Source: an uncultured Verrucomicrobiae bacterium (GTDB taxonomy: Bacteria > Verrucomicrobiota > Verrucomicrobiia > Limisphaerales > JAFGQR01). From it: a DNA stretch of 64,000 bases. How positions within the stretch are numbered: the stretch's first letter is position 1; every line of letters begins with the position of its first letter. Location of the stretch: NCBI GenBank assembly GCA_963788655.1, contig CAWBHS010000049.1:224001-288000 (forward strand), in the 5' to 3' direction. The translations under genes and the position numbers were made by a program. Below, in pieces: positions 1 to 9,983 of this stretch. A model generated the notes under the pieces. That model saw only the letters and a program-made list of their open reading frames with translations, was not told the origin of the DNA and made no database searches.

Positions 1-2092
1 GACGACACATCCTTGATCGAAATTTGTCGGCCGCGCGTCTTCGGGCCTTTGACTTCGACTTCGGACGGATTGCAGGTTTGCTGGTTGATCTTCTGGTACG
101 GCGCGGGCTTGTATTTGATGAAGAGTTCCTTCGGGGTGTCGGCCGCGAAAAACAGGATCTTGGATTTGGGCGGGAATGCAATGGTAGATCTTGTTCATGA
201 TCGTGCCGCCAAAGGTGAACCGCTTCAGGTATGACGCTTCCCGGTTCGTGTACACCAGAGTGAACACCTGCTCGCGATCCGGCAGACCGCAATAGTGACA
301 GGCCCGGGCCCACGAACAGTTTCTCCGGCAGTTCAATGACCTTGTAATGTCCGTCCTTGAACACGAGCAGGAGCTTGTCGAACTTCGTGCAATCCATTTT
401 GAATTCGTCCCCGGAAACCTTGTAGCCAACGTAACCGGACGCGCGGTCGTAGGACACTTTGAAGGACTTGAACGCGACTTCGCGGGCATCCACTTCATCG
501 TAGCGGCTGGATTTGGTCAGGCGCGGATACAGGGGGCCGTATTTCTCCAGCAGCGCTTCTAGGTGGGCGATGGCGTATCGGGTCAGGTTCTTGAGGTGTT
601 TCTTGGTTTCTTCGAGTTCGGCTTTCACCCGCTCCATTTCTTCGCGGTGCTTGTTGATGTCGAAGAGCGAAATGCGCCGGATGCGCACGCCCAGCAGCCG
701 CTCCACGTCCGGATCGGCCAGCTCGCGAACCAGTTGTTTGGCGAATGGTTTGAAGCCGTCGTACACGGCCTGGAAGACGGCCTCGTTGGTTTTGCACTGC
801 TCGATCTGCTTGTAGATGCGCTCCTCGATGAAGATGCGTTCAAGCGTGCGGAAGTGCAGTTCGTCCTCGAGTTGGTTCTGTTTCAGCTCCAGTTCGCGCC
901 GGAGCAGTTCGACCAGTTGATCGGTGTTCTCCCGCAGGACTTCCGACACCGTCAATTCGACGGGCCGGTTGTTCTTGATGACGATGATCCGGCTGGTGAT
1001 GGAAACCTCGCAATCGGTGAACGCGTAAAGAGCATCAACGAGTTGGTTCGCACTGACGCCGGCGGGCGCCTTGACCTCGATCTCGACTTCTTCGGAAGTG
1101 AAATCGTTGATGGTTTTGACCTTGAGCTTGCCTTTGCGGGCGGCGTCCTCGATGGAGGCAATCAGCGATTCGGTCGTGGTGGTTGGCGGGATTTCTTTGA
1201 TCAGGACCGTCGAGTCGTCTTTGACCTTCAGCTTGGCGCGCACCTTGACGCTGCCCTTGCCGTCGGCATAGCCGCGCGCGTCCATCAAGCCGCCGGTCTG
1301 AAAATCCGGCAGCACTTTGAACGGCTGCTTTTTGAGGATGGCGATCTGCGCTTCGAGCAGCTCCGGGAAATTGTGCGGCAGAATGCGCGAGGACAATCCG
1401 ACCGCAATGCCTTCGTTGCCCAACATGAGGTTGAGCGGCAGCTTGCACGGCAGCGTGACCGGTTCCTTGTTGCGGCCGTCGTAACTGGGAACGAACTCCG
1501 TGATCTCGTCGTTGAACAGCTCGTTGCGCGCCAGGTCGGTCAGACGGCACTCGATGTAACGCGGCGCGGCCGCGGGGTCGCCCGTGAAGATGTTGCCGAA
1601 ATTTCCCTGGCCCTCGATGAGATAGCGTTTGTTGGCCAGCACCACCAGCGCATCGCCAATCGAGGCATCGCCGTGCGGATGGAACTGCATGCAGTGCCCC
1701 ACCACGTTGGCCACTTTGATGAAGCGCCCGTCGTCCTTTTGGTGCAACGACCAGAGGATGCGGCGCTGCACCGGCTTGAGGCCGTCGGCCAGGTTCGGGA
1801 TCGCGCGGTCGCGAATGACGTAGGAAGCGTATTCCAGAAAACTGCGATTCACCCGGCCGTGGAGCGGCAGTTCAATGTGGCCCGGGGTGAACGGCCGATG
1901 GGCCACCGCGCCGGGCACGGTTTCGGCGATGATTTCGGTGTGACCATTGCCATTGCCATTCCCGTTGCCCGGGGGCTGGTCGTTGCCTTCGCCGAGATCG
2001 GCGGCGTTGACTTCATTCTGCCGGTCGCCGCTGCTCGAACCGGTGATCTTCAGATTCAATTGGTCGGAGGTGTTCTGGCGCTTCTTTGGCAT
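1..2092 (-). CDS. parC: DNA topoisomerase IV subunit A; 3' end runs off the window; frameshifts near 170-300
   Basis: Manual minus-strand translation from ATG 2092 gives FLEYASYVIRDRAIPNLADGLKPVQRRIL, FHPHGDASIGDAL and the catalytic AAAPRYIECRL motif. Lies directly downstream of the B subunit. The parC versus gyrA call is inferred from sequence style. Confidence 0.85.
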   Translation of the reverse strand, partial: MPKKRQNTSDQLNLKITGSSSGDRQNEVNAADLGEGNDQPPGNGNGNGNGHTEIIAETVPGAVAHRPFTPGHIELPLHGRVNRSFLEYASYVIRDRAIPNLADGLKPVQRRILWSLHQKDDGRFIKVANVVGHCMQFHPHGDASIGDALVVLANKRYLIEGQGNFGNIFTGDPAAAPRYIECRLTDLARNELFNDEITEFVPSYDGRNKEPVTLPCKLPLNLMLGNEGIAVGLSSRILPHNFPELLEAQIAILKKQPFKVLPDFQTGGLMDARGYADGKGSVKVRAKLKVKDDSTVLIKEIPPTTTTESLIASIEDAARKGKLKVKTINDFTSEEVEIEVKAPAGVSANQLVDALYAFTDCEVSITSRIIVIKNNRPVELTVSEVLRENTDQLVELLRRELELKQNQLEDELHFRTLERIFIEERIYKQIEQCKTNEAVFQAVYDGFKPFAKQLVRELADPDVERLLGVRIRRISLFDINKHREEMERVKAELEETKKHLKNLTRYAIAHLEALLEKYGPLYPRLTKSSRYDEVDAREVAFKSFKVSYDRASGYVGYKVSGDEFKMDCTKFDKLLLVFKDGHYKVIELPEKLFVGPGLSLLRSAGSRAGVHSGVHEPGSVIPEAVHLWRHDHEQDLPLHSRPNPRSCFSRPTPRRNSSSNTSPRRTRRSTSKPAIRPKSKSKARRRAADKFRSRMCR

Positions 2093-2145
2093 GGAAATTC
2101 GTTAATGGACGGGTGAACTTAAACCGGGAGCTAGGTGGTGTTTGG

Positions 2146-3987
2146 TCATTCTTCGACGGGCACAATGAGATGCTCCATGATGTAATCCTTGCGATCCGGC
2201 GTGTTCCGGCCCATGTAAAACGACAGGATGTTGGCCGCATCCGGCTTCGGGGCATGTTCCACGTGGCTCAAACGCATTTCCTTGCCGATGAATTGTTTGA
2301 ACTCGTTGGGGGAGATTTCCCCCAGTCCTTTGAACCGGGTGATCTCGGGTTTGCCGCCCAGTTTCTTGATGGCCTCGTCGCGCTCTGCTTCGCGAGTAGC
2401 AGTAGATGGTCTTTTGCTTGTTGCGCACGCGAAACAGCGGCGTCTCCAGCACGAACAGATGCCCGTCGTGTACCAGTTGATCGAAGAACCGGAAGAAATA
2501 CGTGATCAGCAGGTTGCGGATGTGCAGGCCGTCCACGTCGGCGTCGGTGGCGAGGATCACCTTGTCGTAGCGCAGCCCTTCGAGGTTGTCCTCGATGTTG
2601 AGGCTTTGCATCAGGTTGTACATCTCGTCGTTCTTATAGACGACGTCGCGCTTGAGATCCCAGACGTTGAGCGGCTTGCCTTTGAGCACGAAGATGGCCT
2701 GCTTGTTCACGTCGCGGCAACTCACGATCGAGCCGGCGGCCGACTGGCCCTCGGTGATGAACACCATCGTGCCTTTGCCTTTGCCCTTCTTTTTGTCGAG
2801 GTGATGCTTGCAGTCCTTGAGCTGCGGGATGCGGATCGTGATGGCCTTGGCCCGTTCGCGCGCCAGCTTCTTGACCTCCTGCAATTCCTTCCGCAGCTGC
2901 TGGGTGTCCTTGACCTTTGCCAGCGATCTTCTCGGCAATTTGCTTGTTGCGATTGAAGAACTGCAGCAGTTCCTCGCGAACCTTGTTCACCAGGTCGGAG
3001 CGAATTTCCGTGTTGCCCAGCTTGTTTTTGGTCTGCGATTCGAACATCGGATCCTTCAGCCGGATCGCCACCGCGCCCACCATGCTCTCGCGCACGTCGT
3101 CGCCGTCGAACTTCGCCGTTGGCAGTATTCGTTCACCGCCTTGAGCAGACCCTCGCGGAAGGCGCTCAGATGCGTGCCGCCATCGGACGGTGTACTGGCC
3201 GTTGACGAACGAATAAAACGTCTCGCCATACCGGCTGTTGCTGTGCGTGAAACAGAACTCCAGCGTCTTGCTCGTGTAATGCAGCGGCGGGTAAATCGGT
3301 TCGCTGCCGTCCGTCTGCAAATCCTCCATGACCAGGTCCATCAGCCCGAGCCGCGACTGAAACTTTTTGCCGTTGTACACCAGCCTCAGGCCGGTGTTCA
3401 GATAGCTGTAATGCCGCAGCCGCCGTTCGATGTGTTCCGGCCGGAACTCAAATGTCCTTGAAAATCTCCGGGTCAGGTTCGAACTCGATCAACGTGCCGT
3501 CCGGTTCCTTGGCGGCCTTGCCTTTCTTCTCCTTCTTCAGTTTGCCCTGTTTGAAGTTCGCTTCGACGAATTCGCCCGTCGCGATGACTGCGCACGAGGA
3601 ACGTCTTGGACAGCGCGTTGACCGCCTTGGTGCCGACGCCGTTGAGGCCGACGCTGAACTGGAACACGTCGTCGTTGTATTTGGCGCCGGTGTTGATCTT
3701 GGAGACGCAATCCACGACTTTGCCCAGCGGAATGCCGCGCCCGAAATCGCGCACCGACACCGCGCGTGCCGTCGATTTTGATCTGCACCTCCCTGCCGTG
3801 GCCCATGATGAATTCGTCGATGGCGTTATCGATGACCTCCTTCAGCAGGATGTAACAGCCGTCGTCGTAATGCGATGCCGTTGCCGATGCGGCCGATGTA
3901 CATGCCGGTGCGCAGCCGGATGTGCTCCAGCGAGGAAAGCGTCTTGATCTTGCTCTCGTCGTAATGGTGTTTGGTCTTCTCTGCCAT
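2146..3987 (-). CDS. parE: DNA topoisomerase IV subunit B, split by several frameshifts (probable sequencing indels)
   Basis: Pieces in different frames: [88 protein letters not shown]. Ends [23 protein letters not shown] at 2146. Confidence 0.88.
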
Positions 3988-4169
3988 ACTTCAGAACCAC
4001 AATATATTGGGGCTGCGCCGCCAATTGCCAATAAGGAAATGAAGGGAAATGAAGATTCCAGCAACGCTCGTAAAATGCCAGGCAGCCGGTTTTTTTGATG
4101 TTTGGGATCTGGAAGAGTTATCGTGGACAGATCCCGTTACGGCGGAATCTTATTGCGCCTCCCTGCCAG

Positions 4170-4278
4170 CGAAAGCGGGAGCAAGCTCCGCACACTCCAA
4201 ACGCTACGCGAAGTACGGCAGTGCCTGCCGCCACGTCGCGCCAGCGTTTGGAGTGCGTCCGGCTTGCCGGCGCTTTCG
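4170..4278. repeat. REP-like inverted-repeat doublet (family C: CGAAAGCGGGAGCAAGCTCC...TTTGGAGTGCGTCCGGCTTGCCGGCGCTTTCG)
   Basis: Imperfect long palindrome. Near-identical arms recur at 53083-53187 and a degenerate relative lies at about 32395-32480. Confidence 0.85.
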
Positions 4279-4348
4279 TCCAGGCAACTACACTTCTCGT
4301 TGTGCCCAGGCCAGAGTTCGTTCGTCTCGAGAATCCCGGTCGTTCGCG

Positions 4349-5306
4349 TCAACGCTTCAATCCTTCCAGCGCCTCTTTGACGCGGGTCTGTTGAGGCTGT
4401 TCGCGCTGACCAGTTTCCTTCAGGGCAATCAAATCGCGCCGTGGCTTTTCCCAGGCCCGGCGCACGGCGGCGGCCACCAATTCACGAACGGCCCGGTAGT
4501 CTGCATCTTGTTGATCCCGATAAATCGTCTGCCCGCATTTGCCCTGACCGCCAGCATCCCGCACCAATGGCGCCGCCAGGAAGAGGCTTTGCGCCGGTTC
4601 ATGAAGATCAATCCAATCCAGCCGGGTGATGGTTTTGAGTTCGTGGCACGACGCGCACCGGCGCTGATGGATTTCGATGAGGCGAGCTTCAAGTTGCCGG
4701 TCCTGGGGCAACGAATAAACCGGCTGGGCCGGCCGTTTGTTGGCGAACCGATCATGATACGGAGCATTGAGATCAATCCACGTCACCAACGTCCGCCATT
4801 CATCTTCCGTCACTCGATTAAGCTGAACGGTGTCACCGCGACGCAACACCCCGACAAGTTTGCTGCGATGGGAGCCTTGTTCGAATGGTTGGGTGATGTG
4901 CGCGTCACCTTGTACGTCCGACCACGAGACCAGGCGATGGTTGATGATGGTTTCGAACGCCCGGTTGTAGCCGTAATCGGCAATGCCAAAATCCTGGCCG
5001 TTCCAGCCGGCGGTCAGCCCCCCAAAAAAAGTCCAATCCGCCCGCTGGTTTCAAACCGCTGTGGCACCGAACGCAGCGACGGTCCAGAATGGGCTGCCAC
5101 CAGGCTTCAGCTTGCCGGAGCCAGTCGGTCTCGATGGCCTCGCGCATTGATGCAGCGTTAGCAGCACCAAACCCCATGCTCGCCAGCAATCCCAAAACCG
5201 TTGTCCGAAGGATGGCAGCGTAGATGGACCGTAGGCCAGGCCACCCGCGACGTTGAAGCCGAAAGCGACCATCCATTTCAGATGTAAACGCGGCCAGGCT
5301 TTTCAT
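4349..5306 (-). pseudogene. Secreted di-heme (2x CxxCH) protein resembling the C-terminal part of HzsA-like proteins; frameshift at homopolymers 5018-5030; probably internally deleted
   Basis: Signal-like N-terminus followed by QPILDRRCVRCH. Removing one T at the T7/G6 run joins it to ORF 4349..4849 (LVTWIDLNAPY...RCASCH). Confidence 0.55.
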
Positions 5307-5576
5307 AGGAACATCGTTGTAACCAGTTTCAATCCAGAAGAAAAGCTTTAGCGGTAACCGGACGTAGGCCAACTGTCCCGGCGGTCTCGAATTCCCAAGC
5401 ACCCAACAATTTCGTCCGCAGCGTTCTACGTGAAGCTATACGCTCGATGGAAATCCGGGCCCGGCGGGAAACCGGCCCTGCTTGTTGGATCGTTCGAGTC
5501 CTAAGCAATCTGCCTACCAAGTTTCCGCTTGGCGCCCGATGGCAAACGCCACCCGCAAGCCTAAGCTGTTATCGTT

Positions 5577-6152
5577 ATGAGCACTCAAATGATTGGCCCC
5601 GATGCCACGTCGGGATTCATGGATGATACGCGCCGGCTTGACGTGATAATTCTCTACGAGGATTTAGTCACCGGTCTGCGCGCCAAAGAGACGATTGACC
5701 GCATTGCGCGACAGCTCGAAATGGACGCGGAATTCACCATCAACCTTTGGAGGTTCGAGCTTCTGCGTTCACCAGGGGTGCGGCGGCGGGTCGTCCGGGA
5801 AGCACGCCAAGCCAGCTTGATTCTATTCTCCGCCCATGGACGCGAGGATTTGCCGGCGGAAGTCAAACAGTGGATCGAGGAATGGCGGGAGCAGCAGCAA
5901 AGCGATTACTGTGCGTTTGTCGTGTTGCTCGATGCATGTGAGAAACAGGTTGATAATCCGGTGCTCACTTACTTGGAGCGCACCGCTACGGAGGCCAAAC
6001 TCGGCTTGTTTCACCAGTTCTGCGGTACGCCCGTTACGGCATCCGAAACAGCCCGCGCGCGAATCAAACCGCTCGCCTTCGAATCGTCATTCGCTTTGGA
6101 AGAGGGTCTGCCCCCTCGCATCTCCAACGCGGGATGGGGAATCAATGAATGA
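5577..6152 (+). CDS. Hypothetical protein, possibly degenerate receiver-like fold, ending WGINE
   Basis: 191-aa ORF with alternating alpha/beta pattern (VIILYED, LILFSAHG, FVVLLD). TAAGCT lies 9 nt upstream of the ATG. Confidence 0.7.
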   Translation: MSTQMIGPDATSGFMDDTRRLDVIILYEDLVTGLRAKETIDRIARQLEMDAEFTINLWRFELLRSPGVRRRVVREARQASLILFSAHGREDLPAEVKQWIEEWREQQQSDYCAFVVLLDACEKQVDNPVLTYLERTATEAKLGLFHQFCGTPVTASETARARIKPLAFESSFALEEGLPPRISNAGWGINE

Positions 6153-6987
6153 CGGTCAGCGAGTGTTTCGGTCGCCTCGGATGAGGGGCCACGAGATCAT
6201 GACGGAAGTTGAAAAGTCGAAAAGCGGCCGCGTTGGGCACGCCACTTTGGTATGGCCGGCCTTCGGCGGTTGCGCGGGAGTAAAGGAAGATCCCCGGCAT
6301 GATTCAACGCGCCACCGCGAATTCATTTGCTGATGGCACCTAAGAATTATGCTCAATCACAAAGAGGACGCACCCCGATAGCGTGGTCGCGCGGACCGAA
6401 TTAGAAATTAACCTGTGCATGGTGCTCGGGAGCCCGGTCGTCAACCACGCGGAATGCAGGATTGGGAAGTGCAAGCGTTGCCGCGAAATCCGGGGCTCCT
6501 TGTGGTTCCTTTCGGGGACGAAGACGCGGTGCAAACTAGTTTAATGGGGCCCGTTCGGAAAGGACGTATCCGAAAAAGGGTCACAAGGGTTGGCTGGCTA
6601 TTAGCCGTTCCTCAAACTGCCCGGATACCAGCAATGGTTGGAAGGGGAGGGTTGGCCGACACGGTGCGGCGGTACGACCGGGCGAAGCGCCCGCGACGCG
6701 AGGGACCGGAAGCGATTCTGCTGATGCGGTTCGTAGTGCCGAGTGACCTGAAGAACGGGCCCCATTATCATTCCTCACCGGCAGGTAGGCTTTGGTCACC
6801 AATAGAAAGATGATGCGCCCGCCCTCCTCCAAGGCGGACAAAAATATCCACGTTCCGGGCGACGAAGAGGCGGCATTTCTTTGTTGCCGCATCTGGGTCC
6901 CGGCTTCCGCGTTGCGTTGGATCGGGGAAACCCTCATTCCCCCCGGCCGTTATTGCAGAAGCCGCCGAGCAATGGTATCACTCCTGA

Positions 6988-9027
6988 GTGTTGCCGCGAA
7001 AGCCATCACTCAAACCTGTCGCCGCGTCCCCAAGGGATCGGCCCGTTGATTCTTCCTCGCTTTGCGAAACGCCAAAGTCCGCGACAAATTCTCCGGCGCC
7101 CTTCCTCACGTTGGCAGAGCTGGAATCGTTTAACCAGGGCACCCATTTTCGCGCGTACGAGAAATTTGGGGCCCACCTGACGACGGTGAACGGGGTGAGG
7201 GGCGTCCGCTTCACCGTCTGGGCGCCCAACGCCGAGAGCCTCCACGTGATGGGCGATTTCAATGGGTGGGACAAGACCGCTCACGCGCTGAAGCCGTTGG
7301 GGCAGTCCGGTGTGTGGACCGGTTTTGTGCCCCACTTGGAGCCGGGCGCCCCCTACAAGTATCACCTGGCGTCCCGCTATAACGGTTACACGATCGACAA
7401 AGCCGATCCGTTCGCGTTCTGGAACGAGACGCCGCCGCGCACCGCCTCGATCGTCTGGCATCTCGACTACGATTGGCGCGATACGGATTGGATGAAGGAA
7501 CGCCACCGGCACAACGCGGCGGATGCTGCGGTCGCCATTTATGAAGTTCACCTGGGCTCTTGGCGGCGGGTTCCCGAAGAGGGCAATCGCTGGATGTCCT
7601 ACCGCGAACTGGCCCCCCTGCTGGCCGAATACGTGCGTGAGATGGGCTTCACCCATGTCGAATTGATGCCCATCACGGAGCATCCGTTCTACGGTTCCTG
7701 GGGATACCAGACCACGGGGTATTTTGCCCCCACCAGTCGGTACGGGACGCCGCAGGATTTCATGTATTTCGTCGATTACCTGCACCGCCAGGGGATCGGC
7801 GTCATCCTTGACTGGGTGCCGTCGCACTTTCCGACGGACGGCCATGGGCTGGTCTATTTTGACGGCACCCATTTGTTCGAACACGCCGATCCGCGCCAAG
7901 GATTTCATCCGGACTGGACCAGCGCCATTTTCAATTACGGACGCAAAGAGGTGTGCAGTTTTCTGATCAGCAGCGCGCTGTTTTGGTTGGAGAAATACCA
8001 CCTCGACGGGCTCCGGCTGGATGCAGTGGCATCACTGTTGTATCTGGATTATTCGCGTCCCTCCGGTGGCTGGATTCCCAACCAAGAGGGTGGCCGGGAG
8101 AATCTCGAGGCCATCGAGTTTTTGCACCGGCTCAACGTCGAGATTTACCGAAGCTACCCCGATGTCGTCACCGTCGCGGAAGAATCCACCGCCTGGCCCC
8201 GGGTGTCGCGGCCGGTACACGGCGGGGGCCTGGGCTTCGGCATGAAATGGGACATGGGCTGGATGCACGACACCTTGCGCTACTTTCAGCATGATCCGAT
8301 TCATCGCCAGCACCACCAGGGCGAGCTCACGTTCCGCCTGATCTACGCGTTCACGGAGAACTACATTCTGCCTTTGTCTCATGATGAAGTGGTGCATGGC
8401 AAAGGCTCGCTGTTCGGCCGCATGACCGGGGATGAATGGCAGAAGTATGCCAACCTGCGGCTGCTCTTTGGTTACATGTATGCCCAACCGGGCAAGAAAC
8501 TGTTGTTCATGGGCGGGGAGCTGGCTCAATGGCCGGAATGGAACCATGAAGCCAGCATTGAATGGCACGCCCTCTCCGATCCGTTTCATGCCGGGGTGCA
8601 GCAATGGGTGCGGCAACTGAACCACATGTACCAAACGGAGCCGGCTTTGCGGGAACGGGATTTCTATCCCGACGGCTTTGAATGGGTGGATTTCAGCGAC
8701 GCCCGCCACAGCACACTGAGTTTCCTCCGGCTGAGCCGGACGACCGGGGACATCGTGCTGGCGGTCTTTAACTTTACGCCGGTGATCCGTCACAACTACC
8801 GCGTCGGCGTTCCGCGGGAAGGCTTTTGGCAGGAAATCCTCAACAGCGATGCCTGCGACTGCGGCGGCAGCGGCCAGGGCAATCTCGGCGGCAAGCCGGC
8901 GGAGCCCGTCCCCATTCACCATCGGCCCTATTCACTTCGTCTTACGCTGTCGCCGTTGGCTGCGCTGTTTTTTGTCAATCGCCCCCGGCATGAAGTCGCG
9001 TCCGCATCGCCCGCAAACAAGGCATAG
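6988..9027 (+). CDS. glgB: 1,4-alpha-glucan branching enzyme (GH13)
   Basis: [72 protein letters not shown]. Confidence 0.97.
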   Translation: MLPRKPSLKPVAASPRDRPVDSSSLCETPKSATNSPAPFLTLAELESFNQGTHFRAYEKFGAHLTTVNGVRGVRFTVWAPNAESLHVMGDFNGWDKTAHALKPLGQSGVWTGFVPHLEPGAPYKYHLASRYNGYTIDKADPFAFWNETPPRTASIVWHLDYDWRDTDWMKERHRHNAADAAVAIYEVHLGSWRRVPEEGNRWMSYRELAPLLAEYVREMGFTHVELMPITEHPFYGSWGYQTTGYFAPTSRYGTPQDFMYFVDYLHRQGIGVILDWVPSHFPTDGHGLVYFDGTHLFEHADPRQGFHPDWTSAIFNYGRKEVCSFLISSALFWLEKYHLDGLRLDAVASLLYLDYSRPSGGWIPNQEGGRENLEAIEFLHRLNVEIYRSYPDVVTVAEESTAWPRVSRPVHGGGLGFGMKWDMGWMHDTLRYFQHDPIHRQHHQGELTFRLIYAFTENYILPLSHDEVVHGKGSLFGRMTGDEWQKYANLRLLFGYMYAQPGKKLLFMGGELAQWPEWNHEASIEWHALSDPFHAGVQQWVRQLNHMYQTEPALRERDFYPDGFEWVDFSDARHSTLSFLRLSRTTGDIVLAVFNFTPVIRHNYRVGVPREGFWQEILNSDACDCGGSGQGNLGGKPAEPVPIHHRPYSLRLTLSPLAALFFVNRPRHEVASASPANKA

Positions 9028-9235
9028 CCATAGCAAGGCAACCGCATGCCGCCAGAGGAGCGTGGCTACCCAGCAGCATGGCCGTCGCAAAGACCACGAT
9101 GATTTCCACTTTTGGAATTGATAGCGACTGAAAACTTGGGGGATGAACCGTCAAGCTCTGATCCGAAAAATTAGTTTGAGCTAAGGATCTGTTCCGGGCA
9201 AACATCCAACCAACTGAAACTGCTCAAGACTTAAA

Positions 9236-9598
9236 ATGAAAACTCCACTCATTGTTTCTCTGGCAATCCTCCTGGTCGCCAGCCCCGGCTGCACCGTGAT
9301 TTCCAGCAATTCGACCACCACCCAATCCGGCACGAAAGTCTCGGATGAAACCCTGGTGCAATTGGAACTGGGCAAGACCACCAAGGACTGGCTGATCGCC
9401 ACGCTCGGAGCGCCCACCAGCGCGACCCAAGTGGACGAACATACCGAGATCCTGAAATACACCTCCTCCCGAACGACGAAACAAAGCGGCGGTCTCATTG
9501 TGGTCCTTCATGCCAACAGTGAAACCAAGGAGAAGGAAACGGTTTACTTCGAAATTCATGATGGAGTCTTGAAACGCTATTGGAAAGCCGACGCCTGA
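9236..9598 (+). CDS. Small lipoprotein, SmpA/OmlA(BamE)-like
   Basis: Signal peptide with lipobox SPGC, then LELGKTTKDWLIATLGAP. Confidence 0.7.
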   Translation: MKTPLIVSLAILLVASPGCTVISSNSTTTQSGTKVSDETLVQLELGKTTKDWLIATLGAPTSATQVDEHTEILKYTSSRTTKQSGGLIVVLHANSETKEKETVYFEIHDGVLKRYWKADA

Positions 9599-9684
9599 AC
9601 GCCCGTGCGAAACCTCGTAGCAGCCGACATACTGATGAGAGCTTGGGATGGACTACGCATGGTGACATTCAATCGGCTCCTTCT

Positions 9685-9817
9685 CCCTCACCCTAACCCT
9701 CTCCCCAAGGAGAGGGAACAGATGGAGGTGCCGCTACGGAAACCAAGGGACATCGTGTTTTCAGAAGACCGGTCATCGATTCTCCCTCTCCCTGGGGGAG
9801 AGGGCCGGGGTGAGGGG
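9685..9817. repeat. REP-like doublet (family D: CCCTCACCCTAACCCTCTCCCC...GGGGAGAGGGCCGGGGTGAGGG)
   Basis: Two inverted hairpin arms in an intergenic region. Confidence 0.8.
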
Positions 9818-9983
9818 AAACAAAACCATCGGTTAATCCAAAGTGTCTTCCATCCAGTCAACTGCACAGTAAGGAGGCTCCAACCTCCGCGTTGCGTCTG
9901 GCTCTCAAAAGAAGGTTGAGCTTCAATATGTCGGCGGCTGCCCCAATGAAATCTACAAACTTCCAACACACTTTGAGCTGGGT

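Noticed and set aside
563..2116. 517-aa plus-strand ORF
   Set aside because: Antisense shadow of parC; no motifs.
4049..5161. 370-aa plus-strand ORF
   Set aside because: Runs through a REP doublet and is antisense to the CxxCH gene.
4349..5306. Anammox hydrazine synthase
   Set aside because: Only partial resemblance to a widespread HzsA-like family; no hzsB/C context.
6156..6980. Several short ORFs between the hypothetical gene and glgB
   Set aside because: No recognisable motifs or coding bias; no convincing RNA structure identified by eye.
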